Positions 49,757 through 60,027 of a stretch of DNA of 64,000 nucleotides are shown here, piece by piece (position 1 is the stretch's first letter; each line of letters starts with the position of its first letter). A model generated the notes under the pieces. That model searched no databases. It saw nothing but the letters and a program-made list of their open reading frames with translations, and was not told where the DNA came from. The stretch spans positions 1,631,992 through 1,695,991 of the forward strand of contig JAHDYR010000005.1 in NCBI GenBank assembly GCA_019828565.1, in the 5' to 3' direction. Source of the stretch: Carpediemonas membranifera BICM. Lineage: Eukaryota; Protista; Fornicata. The position numbers were made by a program, and so were the translations under genes.

Positions 49757-51346
49757 ATGCCGAGGGTAGCGTGGAAAACAGTTGATGCGGAGATTGCCAA
49801 CGAGCTTATGGCGTTCACCATTTCTCACGAGCGTTCCATGCCGCATATCCGCCACACAGGCCGCCATTCAAGGCCATACGAGGTAATGACGGCCTCAGAT
49901 TACGTCAACGCCAAGTGTAGGCTCACAGTACAGCCAACGAACAGCTATATGAAAGTTTTCGCCGACCCTAACAACAACGTGGACTGGGACGACATCAAAA
50001 CGATCAGTGTGATGGCCCGGAGCGAAAGAACATGCCCCATATGCCTCGGGGAACCTGTGGTACCCATCATGCTCAAGTGCGGCCACATATTCTGCTGGTC
50101 CTGCTTCATGGCTTTCCACTATCTCACCAAGACTCAACACGAGGCGTCATACGGCGTTGCATTCAGACCCTGCCCGGTGTGCAACGAGCCAACCCGCCTA
50201 TCACATGCCAGGCTGTGTGATATAGAGCTCCATCCTGTCCCGGGGCCGAACACTGTTGCGGAGATGTCCCTCATCCGCAGACTACGGGGAACACACCTCT
50301 GCTGGCCTGCGTCGGATCCAGCGCGGGCCTCGTCGTTTACTAGGCTATGGATAGGTACAGATATGCGTCGGGTGTTCGGTGATGCATTTACCAAGCTCGC
50401 AGTCCAAAAGATCGAGGAGGGCATGCCCACGGGGCGGTTCGTCGAGTCGGCACAGATGCATCTGGCAGAGGAAGCGTACAAGACAGCCGTGGAGTTCGGC
50501 AACGAGGTCCCCCCGCTGCCCGAGACATGGGGGGACAGGGAACCCTGGCTCAAAGCCGTGCTCGACAGCGATGCTCTCGTATTGGGCGATAGGAGCGCTA
50601 TGCCTGAGGACACAGCTGCCGTGGTGGCCCAGCAGAGGCTCCTAGAGACAGGAACGGCCCCCAAGGGCGAGGTCCTCACGTTCTACCAAGCAACCAACGG
50701 CGCCCGGCTCGTTCTCAACAGTACATCATTCAGTGCTCTCACCCATCATGTAGACACCGCCCTATGGGGCACCCCACCACCCAAACTTACAGTGCTCGTG
50801 CATGATATCGCGTCCTGTAGAATGGGTTCTGTTGGTCGACCCGTGAGATTTCTAGACCACATGCCTAAGTACACAAGCATTGAGTGGGTCAACGTGGCGT
50901 GGACCGGGCAGACTTCTGTGAGGCTGGGGAAGGAGACCATTGCTAAGCACGGCAGGAAGCTGAGTCTCAGGCGGCCAAGGGTGAAGAAGACTGGGAATGC
51001 CAGGCAGCGGGACGTGCCGGAGACAAAGGAGACGAAGGAGGAACCCACCCCACCTGCTGCTGCTAACCCAGCAAACAGTGAGGTTTTTTTATTCGATGTT
51101 CCACCAAGGTCTGAGCAAAGGTCAAGCAGCGAGAACACAGAGCCACCCACACCTGCGGAGCCGGAGCAGAAGGCCAGTGAGGCAGAGGCAGTCGCCCCAG
51201 GCCAGCTGAGGACCCAGGACGTCGTCTCCTTCGCTGATGCGATCGGATGTCTCAGGGGAAGTAATGCACCGAAGGTTACGGGTAAGATGAAGAAGCGCAA
51301 GGACAGACAGACACTGTGGTCGACCTCGGGGCCGTCTTACAGGTGA
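49757..51346 (+). CDS. RNF10: RING finger E3 ligase, RNF10/Mag2-like
   Basis: YVNAKCRLTV..DPNNNVDWDDI, C3HC4 RING CPICL..KCGHIFCWSC..CPVC, FYQATNG..L, RFLDHMP, SFA and KKRK near the C-terminus. Confidence 0.8.
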   Translation: MPRVAWKTVDAEIANELMAFTISHERSMPHIRHTGRHSRPYEVMTASDYVNAKCRLTVQPTNSYMKVFADPNNNVDWDDIKTISVMARSERTCPICLGEPVVPIMLKCGHIFCWSCFMAFHYLTKTQHEASYGVAFRPCPVCNEPTRLSHARLCDIELHPVPGPNTVAEMSLIRRLRGTHLCWPASDPARASSFTRLWIGTDMRRVFGDAFTKLAVQKIEEGMPTGRFVESAQMHLAEEAYKTAVEFGNEVPPLPETWGDREPWLKAVLDSDALVLGDRSAMPEDTAAVVAQQRLLETGTAPKGEVLTFYQATNGARLVLNSTSFSALTHHVDTALWGTPPPKLTVLVHDIASCRMGSVGRPVRFLDHMPKYTSIEWVNVAWTGQTSVRLGKETIAKHGRKLSLRRPRVKKTGNARQRDVPETKETKEEPTPPAAANPANSEVFLFDVPPRSEQRSSSENTEPPTPAEPEQKASEAEAVAPGQLRTQDVVSFADAIGCLRGSNAPKVTGKMKKRKDRQTLWSTSGPSYR

Positions 51347-51553
51347 CATCATGTAACATGTAACATGTAGCGCTGTGAGATTGGCAGTGCTGTTGATCGC
51401 CTTTACCTGGAGCTGACGGAGTATGGTATAAACACTTCGCATGGACTCGTGAGAGCGCTCTGTATGCACACAGCGACCTTCTGCTTCGGATGTGGCCGCT
51501 AGCACTCCACGGAGTCGTCGGAAAATCAACAACCGTGCAGAATTGCAAACGTC

Positions 51554-52819
51554 ATGTCTAAGCCGCCAACAGCCCTTAATAGGCGGTTTATATCAGCAGT
51601 AAGCTCTGGTTTAGACACATCCATTTCAAATAAGCGTCCAGGAGTTCCTGCAGGGCGAGCACGTCCAACCACGCCGATTTCAACGGCAACAAACGCGATG
51701 GTTGCGCAACTGCTGTCCACAGGCTCTTTAAACACCGGGAAGTCACCGCCCCGGTTTTCTGCGAGCTTCACAGGCACTTTGAAGGACAGTAGTTCATGGT
51801 CTCCATCACCACGGAAGCCCGCAGCCGTCGTAATGCCGATCGAATCACCGCGAATGGTGCGTCTAGTGGAACCTGACGACAGAGATGAGATCGATCTGCC
51901 GAAGTCGAACTTTGACGACCCAGACACCTTTGGCGGTGGTATGATCCTCATGTGTGATCGAAACGATGTGCTCAGGCCCCCCGCTGAGGCTACAGCGAAG
52001 AGTACACGCCCCACTACCCGCCGTGTGATGCTCCCTACCGAGCGCATCCCTTCACCCGACAAGCAGCTCTCCGCACCTCCCTCCCGCGGCCCTGTGCTGC
52101 CTGCCACAGGTCTAGACCTGGAAGACAGCCTCTCTGACGACGAGGGGCAGATTAGTGATGTCCCATCATCCGAGTCAGAGGCAACTGAGTATCTATACCA
52201 GAACTGGACGGGTTTCAGTCCGTATACCCTCGCAAACTCCCCAGGGAGCTCTGGTCTCAGTCCAGAAAGCAGCAGGTTCAATAGATCAGCGTATCAGGAG
52301 CCAATGATGATCCCCGAGAGCCCTGGCGGTGCAGACTCCGAGCTTGACTGGGCCGGGTATAGTCTAGGCGGGGCAGAGTTGCCAACAAGGCAGCTAGCAG
52401 AGAACCAGGCGTATGCTTATCAAGAACAGCCGCAGACCCAACCCGTGAGACAGAGACAGAGACAGAGACAGAGGCCGGGTACTCCTGCCGGAGAAAGGTT
52501 TGCTAGGCTGGAGGCGATCAGATCGCAGGCTAGGGCACGATTGTATGAGCACTTGAAGCATGGGAGGGAGCAAGAGGAGACAGACAGAGAGCTCACAGAC
52601 CGCCTAGACAAGCAGGCTGCCACACCAGCGAGAACTTCCATCACACGTGGCAGAGCAAGACCTATTCCACAGTCAACGATGGTCAACGACGGGTCGACTC
52701 CATGTGGGTCACGGACCCAGCCCGTGGGAGTTGCCATGACATCCCCAGTTGTCCGGGCACCCCCGAATGGGGTGCCTGTGCGGATCTCGAGGGGGAGGCG
52801 ACTTGTGCCTTTCCAGTGA
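51554..52819 (+). CDS. Hypothetical low-complexity Ser/Pro-rich protein
   Basis: 421-aa ATG-initiated ORF followed by GTAAA. No domain recognised. Confidence 0.7.
   Translation: MSKPPTALNRRFISAVSSGLDTSISNKRPGVPAGRARPTTPISTATNAMVAQLLSTGSLNTGKSPPRFSASFTGTLKDSSSWSPSPRKPAAVVMPIESPRMVRLVEPDDRDEIDLPKSNFDDPDTFGGGMILMCDRNDVLRPPAEATAKSTRPTTRRVMLPTERIPSPDKQLSAPPSRGPVLPATGLDLEDSLSDDEGQISDVPSSESEATEYLYQNWTGFSPYTLANSPGSSGLSPESSRFNRSAYQEPMMIPESPGGADSELDWAGYSLGGAELPTRQLAENQAYAYQEQPQTQPVRQRQRQRQRPGTPAGERFARLEAIRSQARARLYEHLKHGREQEETDRELTDRLDKQAATPARTSITRGRARPIPQSTMVNDGSTPCGSRTQPVGVAMTSPVVRAPPNGVPVRISRGRRLVPFQ
52447..52473 (+). repeat. (GAGACA)4.5 microsatellite encoding RQRQRQRQR
   Basis: Read directly from the sequence. 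Confidence 0.95.
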
Positions 52820-53346
52820 GAGCGGGGCAGTGTAAATGATAGCTTGGTACGGCGTGTGTGGATGTTGATGTGGAGTGTGTTGGACATTGTTGGAGGAGGA
52901 GGTGGAGAGGTTGATTTCTTTAGTTCTTGGGTGAATTCAGTTGAGCGATGTGGCGATCCAGACCGTGGAGGCTTTCGTGAGTAGTTGCCGACCATGGAGA
53001 GTATTTTGATTGATATCCCACAATCTAGTCTGAAATAGAATTTTTCGCAGAGTTGTGCGAATCTGAGTTCGTCAAATAATATTCGACGAACTAGTCTCTG
53101 TAGCTCTGCCATGTGCACCCTACAGCTCAATGACCGCGTTCTTCCATTGAGCACCCACCACTGATCACCTCAACCTTTGATCATGCCATGGTGATTTTAG
53201 CACTGCGTCTCGCAAAACAACGCCAGCCACCACTAGTAGCCCGCACACTCTGCATACATGACATCTGACCCATGATGTGATCAGATCAGACAGGTTAGGG
53301 TCTGTGGAGTCGCAGAATTTCAATCACAAAACACCGGCCGTCTTTG

Positions 53347-54779
53347 ATGCTTGCTCCCGGTTCCCTCATCAAAGACCGTTGGAAAATCGTCAAATCATTG
53401 GGACAAGGCGCATTCGGGCAGATCTATGAGTGTAACGACCTTGAAACCGGCAAGCATCACGCGATTAAGCTTGAACGCCGCGATAGTAAGCGTTCCGTCC
53501 TCAAAATTGAGGTGGCCTTCATGCGGAAGGTTCGAAAATGCCCTTCCGTTCCATCATACATGTTTGTTCAGTGCTCTGCGGTCCCTCCAACGCACTCTTT
53601 CATCGCGATGACGAAACACACATTTGGGCCCACAGACCTTATTGATCCTCACACAGCACCTGCGGCACCACTAGGAGCTTCAACTTCCTCGTCATGGAGA
53701 TGTGCGGGGTTAACCTAAGCAATCTCCGCAAATCCAGACCCGAGCAACGCTTTTCACTCACCACCGTCCTCAAGCTCGGCATCTCGATGGTCGCCTGCAT
53801 GAAGGACGTCCATGCCGCGGGCTACGTCCACCGAGACATCAAGCCCTCGAACTTTGTCCTTGGAAACGGCAACAACCGGGTGTACATCATCGACTTCGGC
53901 CTCGCTAGACGCTACATCGACGACCACGGCGAGCCCCAGCAACCAAGGGGTGACCCTGGCTTCCGCGGTACGGCCCGCTACGCCTCCGTGGCCTCCCACC
54001 AGGGCAAGGACCTGGCGCCCCGGGACGACTATTGGTCTCTCCTCTACCTCATGATCGAGATGCTCACAGGCTTCCTCCCCTGGCGCAGACAGAAGGAGCG
54101 CGACCGTATTGGGGATGTCAAGGCTCTCTGCCTCACGCACGACACGTTGACTTCAGGTCTGCCCGCCTGCTTCCAGCATTTGCTTGATTATCTCAATGCC
54201 TTGAACTTTACTGATCCAATCAACGCTGAATATATACAAACCCTGTTCCTAGACGAGATTCGAACCCGGTCCCTTTCCGTTTCGACTGACTACGACTGGT
54301 GCCAACCAATCCAGCCTGAGCTATACACCCCTACTACTGCCCTGTACTCTACTAGCAAGCCTAGTTCGGGCAAGAGACACGCACGAGATCACGCCCGCGG
54401 CCATGGCGAGGTGGCGTCAACTCCTGTGCTCCGCCTTCCCTCCGTGTCGACTGCTCACTCAGATGCGCCACAGATGACATATGCCTCGACTGCTAGGTCG
54501 ACCGTTCACCGTCTACCCACGCTGGACAAGAACTCTCGGTCGCACTCTTTCTCATTCCAGTCTGCCGACTCGAGCTCCAGGAACATTCCTGTGGAAAGAG
54601 AGAGGCGGGTGTCTGCCAGCCAGCCATTTACTATTTATGAGGACGATAACAGCCCAATGGTTGCCACTGGGAGGAAGAGGTCGGGCGGGCTGTCATCAAA
54701 CGTGTTCTCTCCCGTACTCGCCCAGAGAACGCTGAGTTTGAATGGACCAGGCAGTTTCCTCCTTCACGAAACTCACTGA
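53347..54779 (+). CDS. TTBK: Tau-tubulin kinase-like CK1-family kinase, join(53347..53561,53657..54779), 445 aa
   Basis: GQGAFGQIY, AIKLE, LKIEVAF, HRDIKPSNF, IIDFGLAR, FRGTARYAS, RDDYWSL. Removing a 95-nt intron fuses two ORF-track fragments in frame. Confidence 0.9.
53562..53656 (+). other. Spliceosomal intron (95 nt)
   Basis: GTTTGT...CCTCACACAG. Splicing restores SYITCGTTRSFNFLVMEMCG (kinase subdomains IV-V). Confidence 0.9.
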
Positions 54780-54882
54780 GGTCGAGTGAGCAGCGCTTTG
54801 AACAATTGATTGATGAATTTTCCCTTAAATAACTCACTGACCTCTTTTTATTTATTTTTTTCAACAACGACAACGGCGTTTT

Positions 54883-56595
54883 CTACCGAGCATTCGGGCC
54901 CATTGTCCTGTAATACGTCTGGTAGCTTCCATTCATGCCAGGCATCTGATATGCTTGCACCGGAATGAACTGAATTGCCTGCATACCGTTCTGCGTCGTA
55001 TACGGCTGCGGTACCATCAACTGGCCATACTGATTGACAACCATCTGAGGGTATTGGTAAGTCTGGGGAAATTGGGTGGTCGGATAGAACGAGGCGGGCC
55101 TTTGCTGGGCGATCGGAATGGACGGGCTGACTTGAGGTCTGGTACCAGTGTTCGTCATGATTCTGGGTGCACGTCTAGCAGCACCATCGGCCTCGGCGCG
55201 GCGTTCCAGACAATGGTGGATGTCGGGACGGTTGATGGCGTGACCCTCGGCAACCGTGGCTTCCACGATACGGCCCACGATGCCGTAGCGGGTGCCCATG
55301 CCCTCACATACAGGGTCGACGGGGGCGAGGGGCTCCGTTTGACGGCTGGATGCCCAGGGGGCTACGGGGGCTTTGTAAACGGGCTTCTCGGGAACCGGAG
55401 CAGGGGCTGGAGCGGGGATTGGAGCGGGGGCGGGGGCGGGGGCGGGAGTAGGTGTGGGTGCCACCGTCTCGACTGGTTTAGTGGGAGTCTCCTCCGCAGT
55501 TTTAGCCACAGGCTTCTCCTTGGTCTGACGCCTGCCCTTGGTCTTTCCAGTGGCCAGGCAGGGGTACAGGTTCTCCGGTAGTGTAACCCGCGCCGGCATG
55601 ATGATATGACCCGGGGCAACCGGAGCCTGGTCAAGCATGGTCAGCAGCTCAGCCAGGTCGCCAACGGGGGCGTCGACGATACGGCTGGCGGGGGTTGACG
55701 AGGCATTGAGCTGGGCGGCGATAGACTTGAAGTATCCTGTTGGTGGGACCTGGCCAAGCCGGCGATGGGGTACCTTGCCCGAGGAGGACGTCATAGGCTT
55801 GTTAGACCTCCACGAAGACACCGCAGCGGCCTTGGAGGCTGTAGAGTTCAGTGAGGCAGCAGAATCAGTCCTTGTGAGGGTCTGTCCGACGAGGGGGACG
55901 TTGGATTGGGCCGGCTCGTAAGAACGACGGGAACGATCCAAGTCACTGCCGACAGAGTCTGTCCGTGACATCACGTGCGGGGGCGGGCGGGCGGCCTGGA
56001 ATCCGTGGCTGCGGCCTTCACCCCACGGGATGTACTCCGTTCTTTCAGTGCGGCGGAAAACGTTGCGGATCTCGGTAGGCTCTAGAGCGTCATACGGCTC
56101 GCGAGGGGCATGTCTCACAGGGATCGGCTCAACTGTGGATTGAACCGACTTCACGGGCGAGAGCTGGGGTGAAATCCGATCATCGTCCATCTCGGCCCAA
56201 TCGGGCGACACCGACACAGGCTCCGGAGGGGTCTGGTTCGACGCGTGGGAGGACATCACAGACGCTACTTCCGAGTCTTCGGGCGTTTCATGGCTGATAA
56301 GCGTCGTCTCGAGGTGAACGGCGTCAATTTCTTTTGACACGTCGGCGACATCTTCGGTGGTGATAACTGGAGACATATCGGGCCGGGAAACTGCAGATGC
56401 ATAGTCAATGACGTTTCCATCGCTCATAGGCTCCTCCTTAGATTCCTCGGGTGCTGCTTTCTGCATCGCAGGTTCATTCTTTGAGGACTGAGAAGCCTTT
56501 GACGGCATATCATGTACAGATGGCATCGGAGAGTCTCTTTTAGATCCCTTGGAAGTTCGACCGCGTCCACCACGACCTCTAGAGTGAGTATTCAT
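54883..56595 (-). CDS. Hypothetical intrinsically disordered protein (RGG start, Pro-Ala tract, Gln/Tyr-rich tail)
   Basis: 570-codon ORF from ATG 56595 with RGRGGRGR, (PA)n and a YPQ/QY-rich C-terminus. Confidence 0.8.
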   Translation of the reverse strand: MNTHSRGRGGRGRTSKGSKRDSPMPSVHDMPSKASQSSKNEPAMQKAAPEESKEEPMSDGNVIDYASAVSRPDMSPVITTEDVADVSKEIDAVHLETTLISHETPEDSEVASVMSSHASNQTPPEPVSVSPDWAEMDDDRISPQLSPVKSVQSTVEPIPVRHAPREPYDALEPTEIRNVFRRTERTEYIPWGEGRSHGFQAARPPPHVMSRTDSVGSDLDRSRRSYEPAQSNVPLVGQTLTRTDSAASLNSTASKAAAVSSWRSNKPMTSSSGKVPHRRLGQVPPTGYFKSIAAQLNASSTPASRIVDAPVGDLAELLTMLDQAPVAPGHIIMPARVTLPENLYPCLATGKTKGRRQTKEKPVAKTAEETPTKPVETVAPTPTPAPAPAPAPIPAPAPAPVPEKPVYKAPVAPWASSRQTEPLAPVDPVCEGMGTRYGIVGRIVEATVAEGHAINRPDIHHCLERRAEADGAARRAPRIMTNTGTRPQVSPSIPIAQQRPASFYPTTQFPQTYQYPQMVVNQYGQLMVPQPYTTQNGMQAIQFIPVQAYQMPGMNGSYQTYYRTMGPNAR

Positions 56596-56734
56596 TCCCC
56601 TTGTTATGTGCGCCTCTGCAAACTTCTGGACGCCAGGAGAAATCGTGACACGTGCGCATAATTCCCCCTGCGGGCACCACACACGCCTCGAGGCTGACTA
56701 TTTCAACCCTGGTTCATTTTGCGCCTTCGTGACT

Positions 56735-57536
56735 ATGATGCCAGCATATCACGGAAAAGGGCCGCAGATCCTTTTTAGAGACAATCTAAGAGGGTTTTTA
56801 GTATCATCGTATGTTGTAGCCTGGCTCTCCGTGCTTATTTAGCTCTAAAAAGGGGCAGAATCGGTGTGCGCGTGATGTCGCTGACGCTTTGGTCAAAGTA
56901 CTGGAAGTTGATCGATACTACGACACTGAAGACACTAATATGGAACCAAACGACCCGTTTGCTTATCAGAGTGCTCCTCTCCGTCAGCTTCTCCGAGATG
57001 AGGAGGCTTCATTCAGAGACGCCAACAAAAACCGCAACGTATTCCGCCTTGACACCTCCTGCCGCGAGCTGTTCTTCGTTGGCTGGCATAGAATGGACAG
57101 CGAGCCCGCTGAACTCGACCCGGACGCACTCCTCCCGTTATTGTTCGAGCAGTTTAAGGAGGGAACAGTAGTGTCGCCCTCGACGGGCCGAATCATGCCG
57201 GTGCAGTGGACTGGGTCTAGTATGTGGGATGGGGTACTGGATGTGTTGCAGAAGCACGCTATTCCAACTATTACCGCCTCCCACTCCTCCGACAGGATTG
57301 CCATCGTGATCAAGTCAGTCAACTGCAACAATTGGCGTACCGGGGACCTGTACGAGGAGGCGAAGACCATGCTCCCCTCTACTGTCACTGTTGTTGAAGA
57401 CTATCATTCACCCGACGCTGTGCTACACATTCATGCGGTTGGTGGCAGTGTGTTCGTCGCCGTCAGCCAGACATGGGCCGATTATGAGTCGTGGAGGGTT
57501 GCTAGGTGGTGCAGGATCGCGAAGAGTGAAGTTTAG
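56735..57536 (+). CDS. THUMPD1: THUMP domain protein 1 (Tan1), join(56735..56808,56843..57536), 255 aa
   Basis: Spliced product shows LRGFLVSS..NRCARDV, LDTSCRELFFV, RIMPV, IAIVIKSVN, EDYHSPDAVLHIHAV in Tan1/THUMPD1 order. Confidence 0.75.
56809..56842 (+). other. Spliceosomal intron (34 nt)
   Basis: GTATGT...CTTATTTAG. The phase-2 join is in frame and supplies the otherwise missing Tan1-like N-terminus. Confidence 0.85.
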
Positions 57537-57734
57537 TCCCGTTTAAACATCTTATTAACTTTGACTTTGGACTTCAGTCACTGGGACTTGGGGAAATATA
57601 CGCACTGCCGACACCAACAGCGGATCAACGCACTGCAGCCGACCCAGTCCAGGACTTGTATCCGAACTCGACGTCAGTAAGGACGATTTCAAACTGTTCA
57701 ATCATTCTCTGGCATTGGCACTTGCCAACCGGCA

Positions 57735-58418
57735 ATGAGTACCACCCTTGTTCTTGTAGCGTTCTTTGCCACTCTGGTCCTATTTGAGCTGGGTTTACTC
57801 GTATTTGTGACAGTTACATGCGCTGCAAGTCTCCTCAGCGTCATCTTGCTTGTTCTCTTACAGATGCGCCTCAACCATGTCGCCAGGCTCAAGCAGGAGA
57901 ATGCTCGCATTGCAGCAAAGGAAAAGGTGAAGAAAGACAGCGCTCATGCGTTGCTCCTTGCCTACCAGCTTCAAACCATGGCTAAGCGCCGAGGAGACAA
58001 CAGGACAGAGAGTCCAGTGCCGAGGCCACCAGCGCACGCGGACACGGACATCTATGTGCAGCGCTTACCGCCACCCCCAAAGACGTCCAATCATGAGGCT
58101 CCATTGGCATCGTTATCAGCCAACAACGAGCTTAATACTGAGAGCGTGATGAAGTCTATTTCAGTCGAGTTCAGTGACCCAGACGCTTCGTCAGACTCCA
58201 ACGAGTCACCTGACACTTGTGGTGCCGACGTGGATGAAAGGACGATGATGTCGACAGCCGTCACTGAGTACAGCGCCACGATGATCCCGCCCCTGCAACC
58301 ATCGGAGACCGGAGACGCTATGCCTGATTCCATTGTTGTTGAGGAGTTTGAGGCCGAGGAGGAGTCAGACGGGTTTTGGGCGGGGGAGACTGAACCCACC
58401 GTCTCGGGGCCTGCCTGA
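57735..58418 (+). CDS. Hypothetical membrane-anchored protein
   Basis: About 45-aa hydrophobic N-terminus, short coiled coil, acidic disordered tail. Confidence 0.7.
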   Translation: MSTTLVLVAFFATLVLFELGLLVFVTVTCAASLLSVILLVLLQMRLNHVARLKQENARIAAKEKVKKDSAHALLLAYQLQTMAKRRGDNRTESPVPRPPAHADTDIYVQRLPPPPKTSNHEAPLASLSANNELNTESVMKSISVEFSDPDASSDSNESPDTCGADVDERTMMSTAVTEYSATMIPPLQPSETGDAMPDSIVVEEFEAEEESDGFWAGETEPTVSGPA

Positions 58419-58594
58419 GAGGTTACATGTGTACATTAGTTTCTCATAAATCATTCAGTCGGCTCGTCGGACTGATGTGAGGATGCTGTGTGGCAATGGA
58501 GCATGAGTGACTCTGGTCCGGTCAGCAACACTTTTCAACGATGCGATGAAATAGCGAACTTTGCTTACGAACCCGGAAATAATGTACGAAAGCG

Positions 58595-59965
58595 ATGAAT
58601 CGGCTGATGGACGCCTTGACACCGATGATAGACGATATGGACGAAGGCATGGAGACGATCGAGGACCTCGACGACACCCAGAGCGAAGAGGACCCCTCTG
58701 ACATCGAGTTCCCCACTGAGTACAACTTCTGCACCCCCACAGGCAACGCTATCGACCTTATGGAGCGCTACGAGGCCACTAGAAGCGAACAGGACTTCAC
58801 CTCTGCCGACCAGTACGGCCTCCGAGCCCTCAAGTCCGTCCTTAGCGCCCATGACCGTGCCTACCTCATCCACCCCGCCGTCATGGGCCCTGGAGGCGAC
58901 TGGAAGCTTGCTCGCTTCCTCCGTTCCACAGATCACGACGTGACCGAGACAGTGCGACGATTGTATGAATACGCCGTCTTCAGGCACATGTGGAACCTCG
59001 ACGACTTGAGAATCGGTGACGTCAAGGATGATGTGATCAAATACCAGTACTTCTTCCTCCCCGAGGAGTTCAAGTCCGGCGACGCCATCATTTGCCTCCA
59101 TCTGGCATACCCAGATGGGGTCCCATCCACCGAGAGCATCGCCAGAGCTTTCCTCTACCTTGCCGAGACCCTAGACAGGGAGCATGCCGAGTGCTTCTCC
59201 CAGTGTGGCTACCTCGTCTCCTTCAAGGGCTATAAGCTCCGTCACTACACCAACAAGTATGAGCGCCTCATTGTTAACATCATTGAGAACAGCTACCCCG
59301 GACGTGCATCTCTTTCTTTCGGCATCCACACCCCGATCTTCGCCAGGCTTCTCTATCGAGTCATCAGCAGCTACGTACCGCCACACTTGAGAAAGTGTAT
59401 AGTCATAACGAGCGCTGAGGTTCTTCATAACGTTGTCAACCCCGATATCCTCCCTAAAATGCTCGGGGGTAACTCTGACTACGACGAGCTCCAGTTTGTG
59501 AAAGACCGCGAGCAGGTCGAGGGAACTCTTGCCGCCCACAAGCCCCACAGGCTTCTCTCCACGATGCTCGACGGCATGGGCATCCCTCCCCGCAGGATAG
59601 AGCTCGAACGTCCACCGGGAGTGATTAAGGTGGGCCCAGGTTCGAAGAGGATCACCGCTGGGCGATGGAAGAGTTACGTCATGGTGTTGACAGAGGACTT
59701 GCTGTTGTACTACAGCGACGCGGACGCCGTGCAGCCCAATAACGGGATCCTCCTTGGACGTTCAGTCGTTGTTAGCTCTCGCCATCGTATGGTCAGAGGC
59801 CACGTTCTCGCCATACGATCGGATCAGAAACTATACGAGTTCGGCCTGAAGTCCAAGGATGAACGGGACGAGTGGAAGGAGGTCATTCAGAGAGCTATTG
59901 GCGAGGCGACAGTAAGGACGGAGGCGGAGCTGAGAGCAAAGGCGGAGGGGCCAAGTGTAGAGTAA
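58595..59965 (+). CDS. CRAL-TRIO/Sec14 lipid-binding protein with C-terminal PH domain
   Basis: LARFLRSTDHDV..RL.EY..FR, YPGR....HTP.F..LY.VI..YV, ILPKMLGG. PH motifs WKSYVMVL..LLYY..ERDEWKEVI. Confidence 0.88.
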   Translation: MNRLMDALTPMIDDMDEGMETIEDLDDTQSEEDPSDIEFPTEYNFCTPTGNAIDLMERYEATRSEQDFTSADQYGLRALKSVLSAHDRAYLIHPAVMGPGGDWKLARFLRSTDHDVTETVRRLYEYAVFRHMWNLDDLRIGDVKDDVIKYQYFFLPEEFKSGDAIICLHLAYPDGVPSTESIARAFLYLAETLDREHAECFSQCGYLVSFKGYKLRHYTNKYERLIVNIIENSYPGRASLSFGIHTPIFARLLYRVISSYVPPHLRKCIVITSAEVLHNVVNPDILPKMLGGNSDYDELQFVKDREQVEGTLAAHKPHRLLSTMLDGMGIPPRRIELERPPGVIKVGPGSKRITAGRWKSYVMVLTEDLLLYYSDADAVQPNNGILLGRSVVVSSRHRMVRGHVLAIRSDQKLYEFGLKSKDERDEWKEVIQRAIGEATVRTEAELRAKAEGPSVE

Positions 59966-60027
59966 AAATAATAATAAACCGTGACTTTTATTATAAGGCG
60001 TGATGCAATCGACCGGAGGCTTGGTGT

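Noticed and set aside
51350-51370. (CATGTAA)n mini-tandem and ACATGT words after several stops
   Set aside because: Too short and too few to separate from chance.
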